Origin: an uncultured Bacteroides sp. | GTDB taxonomy: Bacteria > Bacteroidota > Bacteroidia > Bacteroidales > Bacteroidaceae | Direction: 5' to 3' | Assembly (NCBI RefSeq): GCF_910586915.1 | Contig: NZ_CAJULN010000009.1 | Span: 3,754-67,753 of the forward strand | Length of the DNA stretch: 64,000 nt | Shown here: positions 41,942 through 52,139 of the stretch, piece by piece | Numbering within the stretch: position 1 is the stretch's first letter | How the letters are laid out: each line of letters starts with the position of its first letter | Notes under the pieces: model-generated | Database searches by the model: none | Told to the model about the DNA's origin: nothing | The model's input: only the letters and a program-made list of their open reading frames with translations | Position numbers and translations under genes: made by a program

Positions 41942-42889
41942 ATGAAAACGAACATAAATACGCTTTCCATCGTATGTCTCTTTTGTCTTTGTGCCTGCAA
42001 AAGCGGCCATGCTTCCAGCCTGAACAACGCCGAAGCAGCACAGGATACCATTAAGACTTTCACCTTGCCCGCCATCCCGCCCACACTGACCGTCCCGGCT
42101 TTACGAGCCGACTTCCTCGTCAAGCATTATTGGGATAATGTGAACTTTGCCGATACGAACTACATCCATCATCCCGAAATCACCGAACAGGCCTGGGCGG
42201 ATTATTGCGACATACTGAACCATGTCCCTTTAGAGACTGCACAGCAAGCCATGCGGAAAACAATCGAACTGACTTATGTGGATAAGAAAGTATTTGCTTA
42301 CATCACCGACTTGGCAGACAAATATCTCTATGATCCCAATTCCCCGATGCGCAACGAAGAGTTCTATATTCCCGTATTAGACGCCATATTGGCCGCTCCC
42401 GTATTGGAAGAAATAGAGAAGGTACGCCCCAAAGCCCGTCGCGAACTGGCTCAGAAAAACCGTATCGGAACCCAAGCGTTAAATTTCAGTTATACACTGG
42501 CTTCCGGCACGCAAGGTTCTCTTTACCAGCATCAATCGGACTATACTCTATTGTTCATCAATAACCCCGGCTGCCACGCCTGCGCAGAGACTATCGAAGC
42601 ATTAAAAAATGCACCCGTCATCAATCAACTTTTGGTACAAAAGAAACTGACCGTTCTTTCTATCTATCCCGACGAGGAAGTGGATGAATGGCGAAAACAC
42701 CTGAATGATTTCCCGAAAGAATGGACGAACGGATATGACAAGACATTCGCTATCAAAGAACAACAGTTGTATGACTTGAAAGCCATTCCTACCCTCTATC
42801 TTCTGAACAAGGATAAAAACGTGCTTTTAAAAGATGCGACAACGCAAGCTATCGAAGAGTATCTACTAATGAATGGAAATTCGATATAA
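41942..42889 (+). CDS. Lipoprotein, DUF5106-like with a C-terminal thioredoxin-like domain
   Basis: Lipobox LCAC; HYWD and YLYDPNSP motifs; CxxC (CHAC) and AIPTLYLL. Confidence 0.75.
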   Translation: MKTNINTLSIVCLFCLCACKSGHASSLNNAEAAQDTIKTFTLPAIPPTLTVPALRADFLVKHYWDNVNFADTNYIHHPEITEQAWADYCDILNHVPLETAQQAMRKTIELTYVDKKVFAYITDLADKYLYDPNSPMRNEEFYIPVLDAILAAPVLEEIEKVRPKARRELAQKNRIGTQALNFSYTLASGTQGSLYQHQSDYTLLFINNPGCHACAETIEALKNAPVINQLLVQKKLTVLSIYPDEEVDEWRKHLNDFPKEWTNGYDKTFAIKEQQLYDLKAIPTLYLLNKDKNVLLKDATTQAIEEYLLMNGNSI

Positions 42890-42905
42890 GTCGGAAAGGG
42901 CAATG

Positions 42906-42954
42906 TATCAAAACCCGCCACAGAAGCCTTAGAATTCTGTGGCGGGTCTTGATA
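42906..42954. terminator. Hairpin between convergent genes (probably bidirectional terminator)
   Basis: TATCAAAACCCGCCACAGAA / TTCTGTGGCGGGTCTTGATA. Confidence 0.75.
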
Positions 42955-42978
42955 CTCCTTTTGTACAATGTGGATTAA

Positions 42979-43743
42979 TTACTTTTCTTCAATGGTGATG
43001 GCGTCGATACTAAAGTAAGCAGGTGTATTCATTCCATATTCTCCATTGTCGGTTGAACTTAGCTCAAACTCGATATATTCGGCCTCCTCAAGAGCACTCC
43101 AGTCGAACCATTCCCAAGTATTTACGATTTTTCTTTTACCGTCTCTGTAGTCGGCAAGGTAATGTTCCGCTTTTCCTATTTCGGTGCCATCGGCTTTATA
43201 GCCAATTACTGTCAGTTTAAACCAGTCGCCTTCAGCAAATTCTTTCACAGCTCCCACACCGGCATCATCCTGGTTTTTAATTGCAAGATAAGCATACGTA
43301 CTGTTTGTTACCCATGCACCTTTGAATCTGTATTTATCGGAATGGAGATTGGTAAGTTGTGCTTTGGTGAAACTATTGGTATGGGATGTCAGATAAACTT
43401 TTCCGTTCTTTCCCTTGCCGGTGATGGCGCTGTTGTTAGTGTATCCGGGAGTGGTAACATCAGTTTTGTTTGTATAGGTGAAACCACCGCCGAATCCCAA
43501 ATCACCATACCAGTGAAGAAACTTTATCAGACTCTTGGAGTCCTTGAAATTACTCTTATAGTAATAATCAGCAGGATTATCTTTTTCTCCGTCTTCTGTT
43601 TTGAATTCGGTTTCCGCTTCGGTCAGCAAGTCTTCAAAACTAACGATCACCTCTTTGCCTTCGTTTTTAACCTCGTCATTTTCATTACTGCATCCGCAAA
43701 AAGCGAATGCGAACATCAATAAAAATAAAGATAACTTTTTCAT
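42979..43743 (-). CDS. btuJ: DUF4465-type surface lipoprotein (BtuJ-like, cobalamin-associated)
   Basis: Lipobox followed by acidic residues; [20 protein letters not shown] and NTPAYF motifs; last gene of the riboswitch operon. Confidence 0.7.
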   Translation of the reverse strand: MKKLSLFLLMFAFAFCGCSNENDEVKNEGKEVIVSFEDLLTEAETEFKTEDGEKDNPADYYYKSNFKDSKSLIKFLHWYGDLGFGGGFTYTNKTDVTTPGYTNNSAITGKGKNGKVYLTSHTNSFTKAQLTNLHSDKYRFKGAWVTNSTYAYLAIKNQDDAGVGAVKEFAEGDWFKLTVIGYKADGTEIGKAEHYLADYRDGKRKIVNTWEWFDWSALEEAEYIEFELSSTDNGEYGMNTPAYFSIDAITIEEK

Positions 43744-43766
43744 GTTTTTTGTTTTGATTTAAATTA

Positions 43767-45755
43767 TTAATTGGTTGATTTATCTTCGTAATGCAAATTC
43801 TCTACGGCAACGATTTCAGTGGAAATCTCTCCCGTCCACCCGACATCCTGATTGACGGCGGTATGGATTCTTACAAAGTCGATGCGGTCTAATGAAACGG
43901 GCTGTCCGTCGCTGTCTACCGCCCAGTCTATTTTAAACTGGCTGTATTCGCTGCTGTTGGGATGGTTGTCTGCATACCCCCAGGGATAACAGTATCCCAC
44001 CCATACCCCGTTTTCTTCCACTGCGTTGTCTTTCAGGCATGTGCCACGGAAGGTCATTTCGTCTTCTGCTATCCACATAGGGTAATAGGAATCCTGCTGA
44101 TGGAAGGTGTTGCGTCTGATGGCTCCCTCCCCGCCCTGATTGTCCTTCCAACGGACATCGCCGCCGGAAGGTTGCGGGCGGTAGTAGGTGATTTCATAGC
44201 CACGCGTTTCCGTATCTTTTCCGAACTCGCTTCCTGCCAGTTCGTACCATTCATCGTCGGGTATTCCGTTGTTGTTTGCGTCTTTGGATACGAATACGAT
44301 GCCCGGTTCGGCACTTCCTCCAAGTGCGCCTGTGGCTGTATAGCGGTTGTAAGTGGCGTTACCCCATATCTTGAAGTCGTATTCTCCTTCGCGGTTGACG
44401 ACGGGTTGGGGGAATCCTACGGTGATTGTACCACCGAATCCGCCCAATGAGATAAGCAACTTCTTCTTCAACCTTTCGGTGGCACACGCCAGTACTTGTT
44501 CGGCGGTGAATCCGGCTTCGTAGGCCGAGGTGCTTGTATTGATAAACTGTCCGGGAGCCGGTCTGTATTCCCACACTTTATGGGCGAAAGCGGGCGAGTT
44601 TCCTGCTTCATCTTCGTTGCCGCCGACGTTGCCTTGCGAAGCGATGTCACTAAATGCAATCGTGTTGGGATTCAGTCCGATGCTGTTCAGCCGGAATTGC
44701 AATTGCCCCTGCTGGTTGAAGCAGAGTATGTCGCCGTAGAGGGTGTAGTCGTACGCATTGGTGATATACACGTTGCCGCTATAAGGATTCACGTTGATGC
44801 CATAAGGAGTATCGATGCCTGTTCCATCCGTAATGAAATTCTCGCGAAGGGTTTTCCCTGTTTTCAGATTGAATGTCTTGATGGAAGCCGCCTGCGTACC
44901 ATAATTATAATGGTAGAGATAGGCAATCTCGCCGTCAACGGCAAAGTTCTGCACCTTCTCGTTGTAGTGGGTGACTTTGCCTGTTGCGCAGTCAATTTTC
45001 GCAAAATCATAGTTGCCCGCCTCCACGTTTTCGCCACGGAGGGCTACGTAGACGCTATTGCCATCCGCACCGGCCACGATTTTACCCGGATTGGGGCCGA
45101 CGGTGATTTTGGCGGTTTCTTTGAATGTAGCAATATCCACCACGGACACCGTATTGTCTACTCCCAAGCCGGAAGCATAGTCCAGCCCACCGGAGTTGGA
45201 AACATATAGCTTCTCGTTCTGTACGCAGATTCCGTCCGGATTCCGTCCTACGGTAGTAACGGCGTCGACGGCAAGCGAGGCGATGTCAATGCGTGTCACC
45301 GTGCCATCGTACGAACATACATAGGCCTTGTCTTTATGAAAGGCGATGCAACGCGGTTCGCGCGGAGTGCCGTTTTCCGTACGTATCTGAATCTGTTTGA
45401 GCGAACGTCCCGTATGGAAGTCCATCACTTCCACCGTGCCGGATACGTTGACCACAATGTATATGTTGTCGCCGTAGATAGCCAGGTCGTTTGCCGTGTC
45501 GCCCAGTCCGCGACGGTTGACGGAGGTGAAATAATTGCGTGTCATCTGCCCATTACCGAAGGAGAAACGCATCAGCGAGCTGTTGTTCTGATTGAACAGT
45601 CCTTCGCACAGCACATACAGTTCGGCAGTGTCCGTCTCGGTCGGGTCGCCCGCGATGTCTGAGGTGAAAGGCTTGTCCTCCATATCGTCGCAAGCGGCGA
45701 ACAGCAGCAGCACCGACAGGCAGAACCACATCCTATGTATCCATTTTCTTTTCAT
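43767..45755 (-). CDS. btuG: Surface lipoprotein: BtuG beta-propeller fused to a BtuH-like domain
   Basis: Lipobox FAAC-DD; LCEG, LGDTANDL and VGRNPDG propeller motifs; C-terminal EYRPAPGQFIN, SLGGFGG, WYELAGSE and WGYADN. Confidence 0.78.
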   Translation of the reverse strand: MKRKWIHRMWFCLSVLLLFAACDDMEDKPFTSDIAGDPTETDTAELYVLCEGLFNQNNSSLMRFSFGNGQMTRNYFTSVNRRGLGDTANDLAIYGDNIYIVVNVSGTVEVMDFHTGRSLKQIQIRTENGTPREPRCIAFHKDKAYVCSYDGTVTRIDIASLAVDAVTTVGRNPDGICVQNEKLYVSNSGGLDYASGLGVDNTVSVVDIATFKETAKITVGPNPGKIVAGADGNSVYVALRGENVEAGNYDFAKIDCATGKVTHYNEKVQNFAVDGEIAYLYHYNYGTQAASIKTFNLKTGKTLRENFITDGTGIDTPYGINVNPYSGNVYITNAYDYTLYGDILCFNQQGQLQFRLNSIGLNPNTIAFSDIASQGNVGGNEDEAGNSPAFAHKVWEYRPAPGQFINTSTSAYEAGFTAEQVLACATERLKKKLLISLGGFGGTITVGFPQPVVNREGEYDFKIWGNATYNRYTATGALGGSAEPGIVFVSKDANNNGIPDDEWYELAGSEFGKDTETRGYEITYYRPQPSGGDVRWKDNQGGEGAIRRNTFHQQDSYYPMWIAEDEMTFRGTCLKDNAVEENGVWVGYCYPWGYADNHPNSSEYSQFKIDWAVDSDGQPVSLDRIDFVRIHTAVNQDVGWTGEISTEIVAVENLHYEDKSTN

Positions 45756-45759
45756 ATTC

Positions 45760-47811
45760 TCAATATGTTATTTTTAGCGTTGCCCTTACCGAGCGTCCCG
45801 GCATGGGGAAGTATCGCACAATCTCGTAATTCTTATCCATCAGATTCAGCACCTCCAGGGTGAGCGAACTGTTGACCGTGCTTATCCGGAGGTCGCGGCT
45901 TGCCGAAATGCTATGGTCGCTGTAACTGTCGAGCCGGTTTGCAGCGATGTTCTGCCCCACTGCGTAGCGTTTGCCCGAATGGAGGAACGAGTAAGACAGG
46001 TTTATCCAGGGCGTTTCAAGACCTGCCTGCCCCGAAGCGGAGACGCGGGGAGTATAGGCTATCTGATGCTTGTAGGTCGATTTATCCGGATTTGAACCGG
46101 AGCCGGCGACGGTGACATCAAGCGCCCGCTGGTAGGTATAATTGCCGGAGAGGTTGATACGGACTTTCGCGCACGGCTGAAGAGAGAGAGTTCCTGCGAT
46201 ATCAACGCCTTTGATGTCCACACTTCCCAAGTTGCGCATACTCCATATGGCGAGGTTCTTGGTGGGATAAGCGATGATTTTATCAGTTACTTTGTTGTGA
46301 TATGCGTCAACGGTTGCCGAAAGATAAGGCACGGATGCGCATATGTTTCTGCTGTATGTAAGACCGATGTTGTATTGTTCGGCCTTTTCGGGGCGCAGTT
46401 TCGTGTTTCCCACTTCTTGGTAATACAGGTCGTTGAAACTCGGCAGGCGGAAAATGTCCTTGTAGAAGAAACGGATACGGAACTCTTCGTGGCGAAACGG
46501 CTTGAATGAAGCGCTGACATAAGGGGTAAACCGGCGGTGATTACCGGCACTGCCGCCTTCTCTGACATCCTCGTTGATGAGGGTTGCCAAGACGGAGGCC
46601 GAGATTGTGAGCCAGTCGTTCATGTATTTTCCGGCAAAGGCGGTGAGCCACGAGTAGCGTGCGGGCTGTACGAAATCGGTAAGGTTGGCGTTCATCGTGT
46701 GGACGCTTCCATCCGTCGAAAGAGAGAGCGAGAGATTGCTCCATATTCTGTACAGTACCGAGGCGGAAAGATAATATTCCTGCTGGTAGTAGCTGTTTTC
46801 GGTCTTTCCCAAAGCGTTTTTCGTATCGGGGTCCAAGTAACGCTGGTAGCTCCAGTTCCATTTGGCGGAGGTCTGCCATACCCATTGCCGGCTGAACTCT
46901 TTCTTGTATTGGCTTTGTACGAATGCATTCTTGTCCCACAGGTGTTGGGCGGAATGGTCGTTATAAAACGTAGTGGCTTTCGGCAATCCACGGGACGACT
47001 GGAAATAGTATGCTTTCAATCGCCATTGCTCGTTGTCGGAAAAGTTGCCGTAAAGCCCGGTTTCGGCACGGAAGGTCTGTACGCCGGTATTCTTCCGTTT
47101 CTCTCGCGATGACAGGTCGCCGTCCGCATTTCCGTAGTGCAGGGTGTACGGATATCGGCCGTCCGAAGACATCCATTCGCCGTTGGCTGTGACGGCCCAT
47201 CGCTTGCCGAGTTGCTGTTCGAGGAGAACGGAGGGATTGACCAATCCCCACGAACCTGTTTTGAAAGCTGCACTGATGTTCGTGCGTTTTCCTTCCCGGA
47301 AGCGAGGGGTGAGCGTCTGTATATTCAAGATTCCTGCCGAAGCGAAGAAGCGTGCGGGCTGGAAGATGTTGTCGCTCTGCCCGTTGCTCAACGACAGTTG
47401 GTCAACATTGTCGAGCGAGAAACGTCCGATGTCAATCTGCCCCGTCTGGCAGTCGGTGAGGGTGATTCCGTCGTAGCCCACGGCTGTGTACTGTGCGCCC
47501 AGGCTGCGTATGGAGACGGTTTTCAGTCCGCCGATACCGCCGTAGTCTTTCACGGTCACTCCGGCAAAATGTTTCACCGCGTCGGAAACTTGCAGGGCGT
47601 GCAAATTCTTCAGCGCTTCTTTGGAAAATATCTGCAACGGGGCGGCAGAACGTATCTCCCGTGTCTGATACCTGTCGGAGACTGTTATTTCAGGGATGGA
47701 ATAGGTACGCGCAGTGTCGACCTTTTGCTGCTGTTGTGCAAAAAGCGTGGCGGAGAGCAGCAGACAGCCGAATGCCGCACAAATTCCTTTATGTAACTTC
47801 ATATCTTTCAT
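45760..47811 (-). CDS. btuB: TonB-dependent cobalamin transporter
   Basis: Signal peptide, plug VKDYGGIGGLKTVSIRSLG, C-terminal PMPGRS...ITY; downstream of a cobalamin riboswitch; likely start 47811 or 47802. Confidence 0.88.
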   Translation of the reverse strand: MKDMKLHKGICAAFGCLLLSATLFAQQQQKVDTARTYSIPEITVSDRYQTREIRSAAPLQIFSKEALKNLHALQVSDAVKHFAGVTVKDYGGIGGLKTVSIRSLGAQYTAVGYDGITLTDCQTGQIDIGRFSLDNVDQLSLSNGQSDNIFQPARFFASAGILNIQTLTPRFREGKRTNISAAFKTGSWGLVNPSVLLEQQLGKRWAVTANGEWMSSDGRYPYTLHYGNADGDLSSREKRKNTGVQTFRAETGLYGNFSDNEQWRLKAYYFQSSRGLPKATTFYNDHSAQHLWDKNAFVQSQYKKEFSRQWVWQTSAKWNWSYQRYLDPDTKNALGKTENSYYQQEYYLSASVLYRIWSNLSLSLSTDGSVHTMNANLTDFVQPARYSWLTAFAGKYMNDWLTISASVLATLINEDVREGGSAGNHRRFTPYVSASFKPFRHEEFRIRFFYKDIFRLPSFNDLYYQEVGNTKLRPEKAEQYNIGLTYSRNICASVPYLSATVDAYHNKVTDKIIAYPTKNLAIWSMRNLGSVDIKGVDIAGTLSLQPCAKVRINLSGNYTYQRALDVTVAGSGSNPDKSTYKHQIAYTPRVSASGQAGLETPWINLSYSFLHSGKRYAVGQNIAANRLDSYSDHSISASRDLRISTVNSSLTLEVLNLMDKNYEIVRYFPMPGRSVRATLKITY

Positions 47812-47845
47812 CCTTGTCTTACAGGTCTGTTCTTTTTTTGTTGTT

Positions 47846-47880
47846 AAAAGTGTCCGGGCGAAATCCCTTCGACCGGACAC
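47846..47880 (-). terminator. Attenuator hairpin in the btuB leader
   Basis: GTGTCCGGTCGAAGGGATTTCGCCCGGACAC followed by TTTT on the - strand. Confidence 0.65.
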
Positions 47881-48016
47881 GCATGAATAAACTTTGGCAG
47901 AGTTTATTTACAAAACATACTTTCTCTGAATCAGAGTGATGAATGAAATGATAGACAGAAAGGTGTCCGGTTCATTAGATTCAACGCTTTTTCCTCGAAA
48001 GCAGTGAAATGAGAAG

Positions 48017-48203
48017 TGCATGGCAGGTCTTCTGACTTGTTCCTGTTGCGGGCGCCTTCCCGGAAGTTGCCTTCCAGTGGCTAAAGAGTGGATTGCTCGC
48101 AACATATTGCACGGAACTTACAGCAGCGGGACTGTTCAGGATTTACACCTGATTCCCTTTTAATCGCTTTCCCCGTATGTAGTCGGAGGATTGCGAACCG
48201 ATG
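48017..48203 (-). promoter_or_regulatory. Cobalamin riboswitch
   Basis: On the - strand: GGTT...AAAAGGGAATCAGGTGTAAATCCTGAACAGTCCCGCTGCTGTAA...GCCACTGG...GGGAAGG...AAGTCAGAAGACCTGCC (B12 box); -7 box TATCTTTG at 48209-48216. Confidence 0.95.
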
Positions 48204-48326
48204 CGCGGCAAAGATAGGGAGTTTATTTGGCTTTTGCAATAATGGCGTCCTTTTTCTTATTCCAATCGTTTCTGCAACTGAACAAGATATAATTATCCGC
48301 CATTTGCACGCGCCACACGACCGGTT

Positions 48327-48473
48327 TGCACGGTGTCTGTACCCAATTTCCACCATCTATATATCCTATTTCCAGCATATATATGTCCTATCTCCAGCGC
48401 ATATATATCCTGCGCGCAACATCTATATCTCCTGCACGCAGCACATATATGCGCTGTAACACCCTGAATATGA
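48327..48473. repeat. 22-bp-period intergenic repeat module, copy 3
   Basis: Five clear units plus one degenerate unit at 48327-48458, ending CTGTAACACCCTGAAT. Confidence 0.85.
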
Positions 48474-48584
48474 GAGTATAAATCGCACAAAAACAAGCCA
48501 TAAAAGCAGGAAGGCAGCCCTTCTCTTGTTATTCTGCAATATTTTCCCTACATTCGTCGCTATAAACCTTTAAATAATACCACA

Positions 48585-49964
48585 ATGGAATTACCTTTTG
48601 CCGAATCATGGAAAATCAAGATGGTAGAACCCATCCGCAAAAGCACCCGCGAAGAACGCGAACAATGGATTAAAGAAGCACATTACAACGTATTCCAACT
48701 CAAATCGGAACAAGTTTACATCGACCTTATCACCGACTCGGGCACAGGAGCCATGAGCGACCGCCAATGGGCGGGAATCATGCTGGGCGACGAAAGTTAT
48801 GCCGGTGCCAGTTCTTTCTTCAAGCTGAAAGAGATGATTACCAAACTGACCGGATTTGAGTACGTCATCCCTACGCATCAGGGACGCGCCGCCGAAAACG
48901 TGCTCTTCTCCTACCTGGTGCACGAAGGAGACATCGTGCCGGGCAACTCGCACTTCGACACCACCAAAGGACATATCGAAGGACGGCACGCCACCGCATT
49001 GGACTGCACCGTCGACGCCGCCAAAGAGACGCAACTCGAACTGCCCTTCAAAGGAAACGTAGACCCCGACAAACTACAGAAAGCCTTGACGGAACACGCT
49101 GAACGCATCCCCTTCATCCTCATAACCATCACCAACAACACTGCCGGCGGACAGCCTGTATCCATGCAAAACCTGCGCGAAGTAAGGGCCATTGCCGACA
49201 AATATGGCAAACCGGTACTTTTCGACTCCGCGCGCTTTGCCGAAAACGCTTACTTCATCAAAATGCGTGAGGAGGGCTATCGCGACAAGTCTATCAAGGA
49301 AATCACCAAAGAGATGTTTGCCCTTGCCGACGGTATGACGATGAGTGCCAAGAAAGACGGAATCGTCAATATGGGCGGATTCATCGCCACACGCCGCGAG
49401 GAGTGGTACGAAGGAGCCAAAGGATATTGCGTACAGTACGAAGGATACCTCACCTATGGCGGAATGAATGGACGAGACATGAACGCACTCGCCATCGGAC
49501 TGGATGAAAACACGGAGTTCGACAACCTCGAAACACGCATCAGGCAGGTGGAGTATCTGGCAAAGAAGTTGGACGAATACGGAATTCCTTATCAGCGCCC
49601 TGCCGGCGGTCATGCTATTTTCATCGATGCTCCCAAAGTGCTGACACACGTACCGAAAGAGGAGTTTCCGGCACAGACTCTTACCATCGAACTCTATCTG
49701 GAAGCGGGTATCCGGGGATGTGAAATAGGTTATATCCTCGCCGACCGCGACCCGGTAACGCACGAGAACCGGTTCGGCGGACTCGACCTGCTGCGCCTTG
49801 CCATCCCCCGCAGGGTGTACACAGACAATCATATGAATGTGATAGCCGCCGCTCTCAAAAATGTGTACGACCGCAGGGAAAGCATCACGCGAGGGGTAAG
49901 CATTGCCTGGGAAGCTCCGCTAATGCGGCATTTCACAGTCAAACTCGAAAGACTGTCGGTATAA
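48585..49964 (+). CDS. tnaA: Tryptophanase / tyrosine phenol-lyase family (probably tryptophanase)
   Basis: IDLITDSGT, GDESYAG, HQGRAAE, MSAKKDG PLP lysine and RLAIPRRVYT motifs. Confidence 0.88.
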   Translation: MELPFAESWKIKMVEPIRKSTREEREQWIKEAHYNVFQLKSEQVYIDLITDSGTGAMSDRQWAGIMLGDESYAGASSFFKLKEMITKLTGFEYVIPTHQGRAAENVLFSYLVHEGDIVPGNSHFDTTKGHIEGRHATALDCTVDAAKETQLELPFKGNVDPDKLQKALTEHAERIPFILITITNNTAGGQPVSMQNLREVRAIADKYGKPVLFDSARFAENAYFIKMREEGYRDKSIKEITKEMFALADGMTMSAKKDGIVNMGGFIATRREEWYEGAKGYCVQYEGYLTYGGMNGRDMNALAIGLDENTEFDNLETRIRQVEYLAKKLDEYGIPYQRPAGGHAIFIDAPKVLTHVPKEEFPAQTLTIELYLEAGIRGCEIGYILADRDPVTHENRFGGLDLLRLAIPRRVYTDNHMNVIAAALKNVYDRRESITRGVSIAWEAPLMRHFTVKLERLSV

Positions 49965-49986
49965 ATAAAGAAGAGACTGATAAAAA

Positions 49987-50035
49987 AACGGTGAATCACA
50001 GAGGAGATTCTACTCCCTCTCTGTGATTCACCGTT
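49987..50035. terminator. Bidirectional terminator
   Basis: AACGGTGAATCACAGAG / CTCTGTGATTCACCGTT with A and T tracts on either side, between convergent genes. Confidence 0.8.
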
Positions 50036-50061
50036 CTTTTTGAATTATCATCTATTTTGCA

Positions 50062-50694
50062 TCAATTCAAAGTCCACGTCAACACAAAGTCCGGATGGAC
50101 GCGATAACCAATCTCATATGTTCTTTGCAATTCCGTGGCAAACTCCCGGACTTGAAACGTACCCTCCTCTTGAGGAACAAAATGCGTCAGACGAAGTTTG
50201 CGCAAGTCAGCATCTGCATCTTCCATACGTTTAAATACCGCTTCCTTTGCCGACCAATGCAGCAACAGACTCCAAGTCGTATCTCCCCGATAAGCCGCCG
50301 CCTGCTCGTCGGAACGCATATACCGGTCAGCCACCCGATGAACCCGTTGACCGTATTGCTCTATATCAATGCCGACGGCACTCCGCGTACTGAGAATCAC
50401 AGCAACGTATTCTTTGGTATGAGAAATACTGATAAAGAAAGAACAATCAGACAGATAAGGCTTGTTCTCAGAAGAGTAAGTAATCTCCTTCTCTTCCCGA
50501 AGCATCGTATAAAGCAAGACACGGACAGACGTCCACTCCAGTTTCCGCCGTTCGGAAACAAAACGGTTCAATTCCCGCTCGCAAGCGATTCTCCATCCCT
50601 CAGGTAGAAGAGACAACAATGCATTCAAAGGCTCTTCCATCTTCCAGACAGCCCACTGTACACCTTCCGTCTTATGTTGCAGATATAGCGCCAT
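50062..50694 (-). CDS. 4'-phosphopantetheinyl transferase (Sfp-like)
   Basis: ISISHT, VGIDIE and WSAKEAVFK motifs. Confidence 0.88.
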   Translation of the reverse strand: MALYLQHKTEGVQWAVWKMEEPLNALLSLLPEGWRIACERELNRFVSERRKLEWTSVRVLLYTMLREEKEITYSSENKPYLSDCSFFISISHTKEYVAVILSTRSAVGIDIEQYGQRVHRVADRYMRSDEQAAAYRGDTTWSLLLHWSAKEAVFKRMEDADADLRKLRLTHFVPQEEGTFQVREFATELQRTYEIGYRVHPDFVLTWTLN

Positions 50695-50709
50695 CTTACG
50701 TCTGACCGA

Positions 50710-52062
50710 TTACTCCTTCTCTTCGAAGCCTTCCGCCTCCTTAGGCAGAATCGTAAACTTTACCTTCAAAATACGGCGGCTATCCATCTCCAACACTTCA
50801 AACTCGTAATTATGATAAGTCACCTTCTCGTGCAAAGTCGGGAATTCTCCCTTTATCTCAAGCAGCATACCGGCCAAAGTATCGGCATCGCCCACCACTT
50901 TCTCAAACTCATCCTCGTCTACCTTCGCAATCTTATAGAAATCAGTCAACTGCGTCTTTGCCTCAAACACCCAAGTGCGGTCATTCAACACGACATACGT
51001 ACGCTCTTCGTCGTCATATTCATCATGAATTTCTCCCACTATCTCTTCGATGATATCCTCCATCGTCACCAATCCGGAAGTTCCTCCGAACTCGTCCACA
51101 ACAATGGCGATATGAATCTTATTTGCTTGAAAATCGCGAAGCAAATCATCAATCATCTTCGTCTCTGGCACAAAATAAGCAGGACGAATCAACGACTGCC
51201 AACGGAAGTTATCCCCTTTGCTCACATGAGGCAGGAGGTCTTTGATATACAACACGCCCTTGATATCATCCCGCGAACCGGAAAAGACAGGAATGCGCGA
51301 ATAAGCATTCTCAATGATGCAATGCATCACCTCCTTGAAAGGTGTGCGAATATCCAAATCAACCATATCCAAACGGGAGGTCATGACCTCCTTCACAGTC
51401 TCCCCACCGAAACGGATAATACCTTCAAGAATATTATTCTCTTCGGTCAGCTCCGCCTTGTCCGTAAGTTCCAGCGCATGAGACAACTCGTCAACGGAAA
51501 TATTATGGCTTTTCTTGGAAATATGTTTGTTGAGAAACGTGGTAGAACGCACGAGCACGGTAGCCACCGGATGAAATATTTTTTCCAAATAATAGATACC
51601 CGGTGCGGAGAAGCGGCAAAACGCCAGTGTCTTCTGCGCCGAATAAATCTTCGGCATAATCTCACCGAACAGCAACAACAGGAAAGTCAATATGACTGTC
51701 AGTATCAAAAACTCTGCCAGCGGAGAATGAAACACAAAGACATTCATAAAGAAGAAGTTGCAGAGCATGATAATGGTTACGTTCACAAAATTGTTGGTAA
51801 TCAAAATCGTAGCCAAAAGACGCTCGGTATCACCGAGAAGAGCACTTATTTTGTCATCGGAGGGATGATTGCGTTCGTCAATGTCATTCCGGTCTGAAGG
51901 GGAAAGCGAGAAAAAGGCAATTTCAGAAGCCGAAGCAAATCCCGAAGCAAGCAGGAGCACGCCTGCCAATACTATGGCAATAATAGCAGAAATAGAAGGA
52001 GTGTTTACGGTAATACCGTTGAAAATGTCAGCCAATTGGCTTAAATAACCATCTGATTCCAA
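50710..52062 (-). CDS. gldE: GldE / CNNM-CBS-CorC hemolysin-like protein
   Basis: SASEIAFFSL, FGEIMPK, CBS pair, VDEFGGTSG, CorC domain; TTG start. Confidence 0.88.
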   Translation of the reverse strand: MESDGYLSQLADIFNGITVNTPSISAIIAIVLAGVLLLASGFASASEIAFFSLSPSDRNDIDERNHPSDDKISALLGDTERLLATILITNNFVNVTIIMLCNFFFMNVFVFHSPLAEFLILTVILTFLLLLFGEIMPKIYSAQKTLAFCRFSAPGIYYLEKIFHPVATVLVRSTTFLNKHISKKSHNISVDELSHALELTDKAELTEENNILEGIIRFGGETVKEVMTSRLDMVDLDIRTPFKEVMHCIIENAYSRIPVFSGSRDDIKGVLYIKDLLPHVSKGDNFRWQSLIRPAYFVPETKMIDDLLRDFQANKIHIAIVVDEFGGTSGLVTMEDIIEEIVGEIHDEYDDEERTYVVLNDRTWVFEAKTQLTDFYKIAKVDEDEFEKVVGDADTLAGMLLEIKGEFPTLHEKVTYHNYEFEVLEMDSRRILKVKFTILPKEAEGFEEKE

Positions 52063-52093
52063 AGAGTATATGTTTTAGTTTAACAAAAGACAA

Positions 52094-52127
52094 TGTGCCA
52101 ATCTGCTCACGAAAACCTATTGGCACA
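52094..52127 (-). terminator. Hairpin downstream of ssb
   Basis: TGTGCCAAT / ATTGGCACA stem followed by TTGTCTTTT on the - strand. Confidence 0.5.
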
Positions 52128-52139
52128 CTATCACATTAT

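Noticed and set aside
48480..48584. TnaC-like leader peptide upstream of tnaA
   Set aside because: I found no short Trp-containing ORF, and the apparent leader is short.
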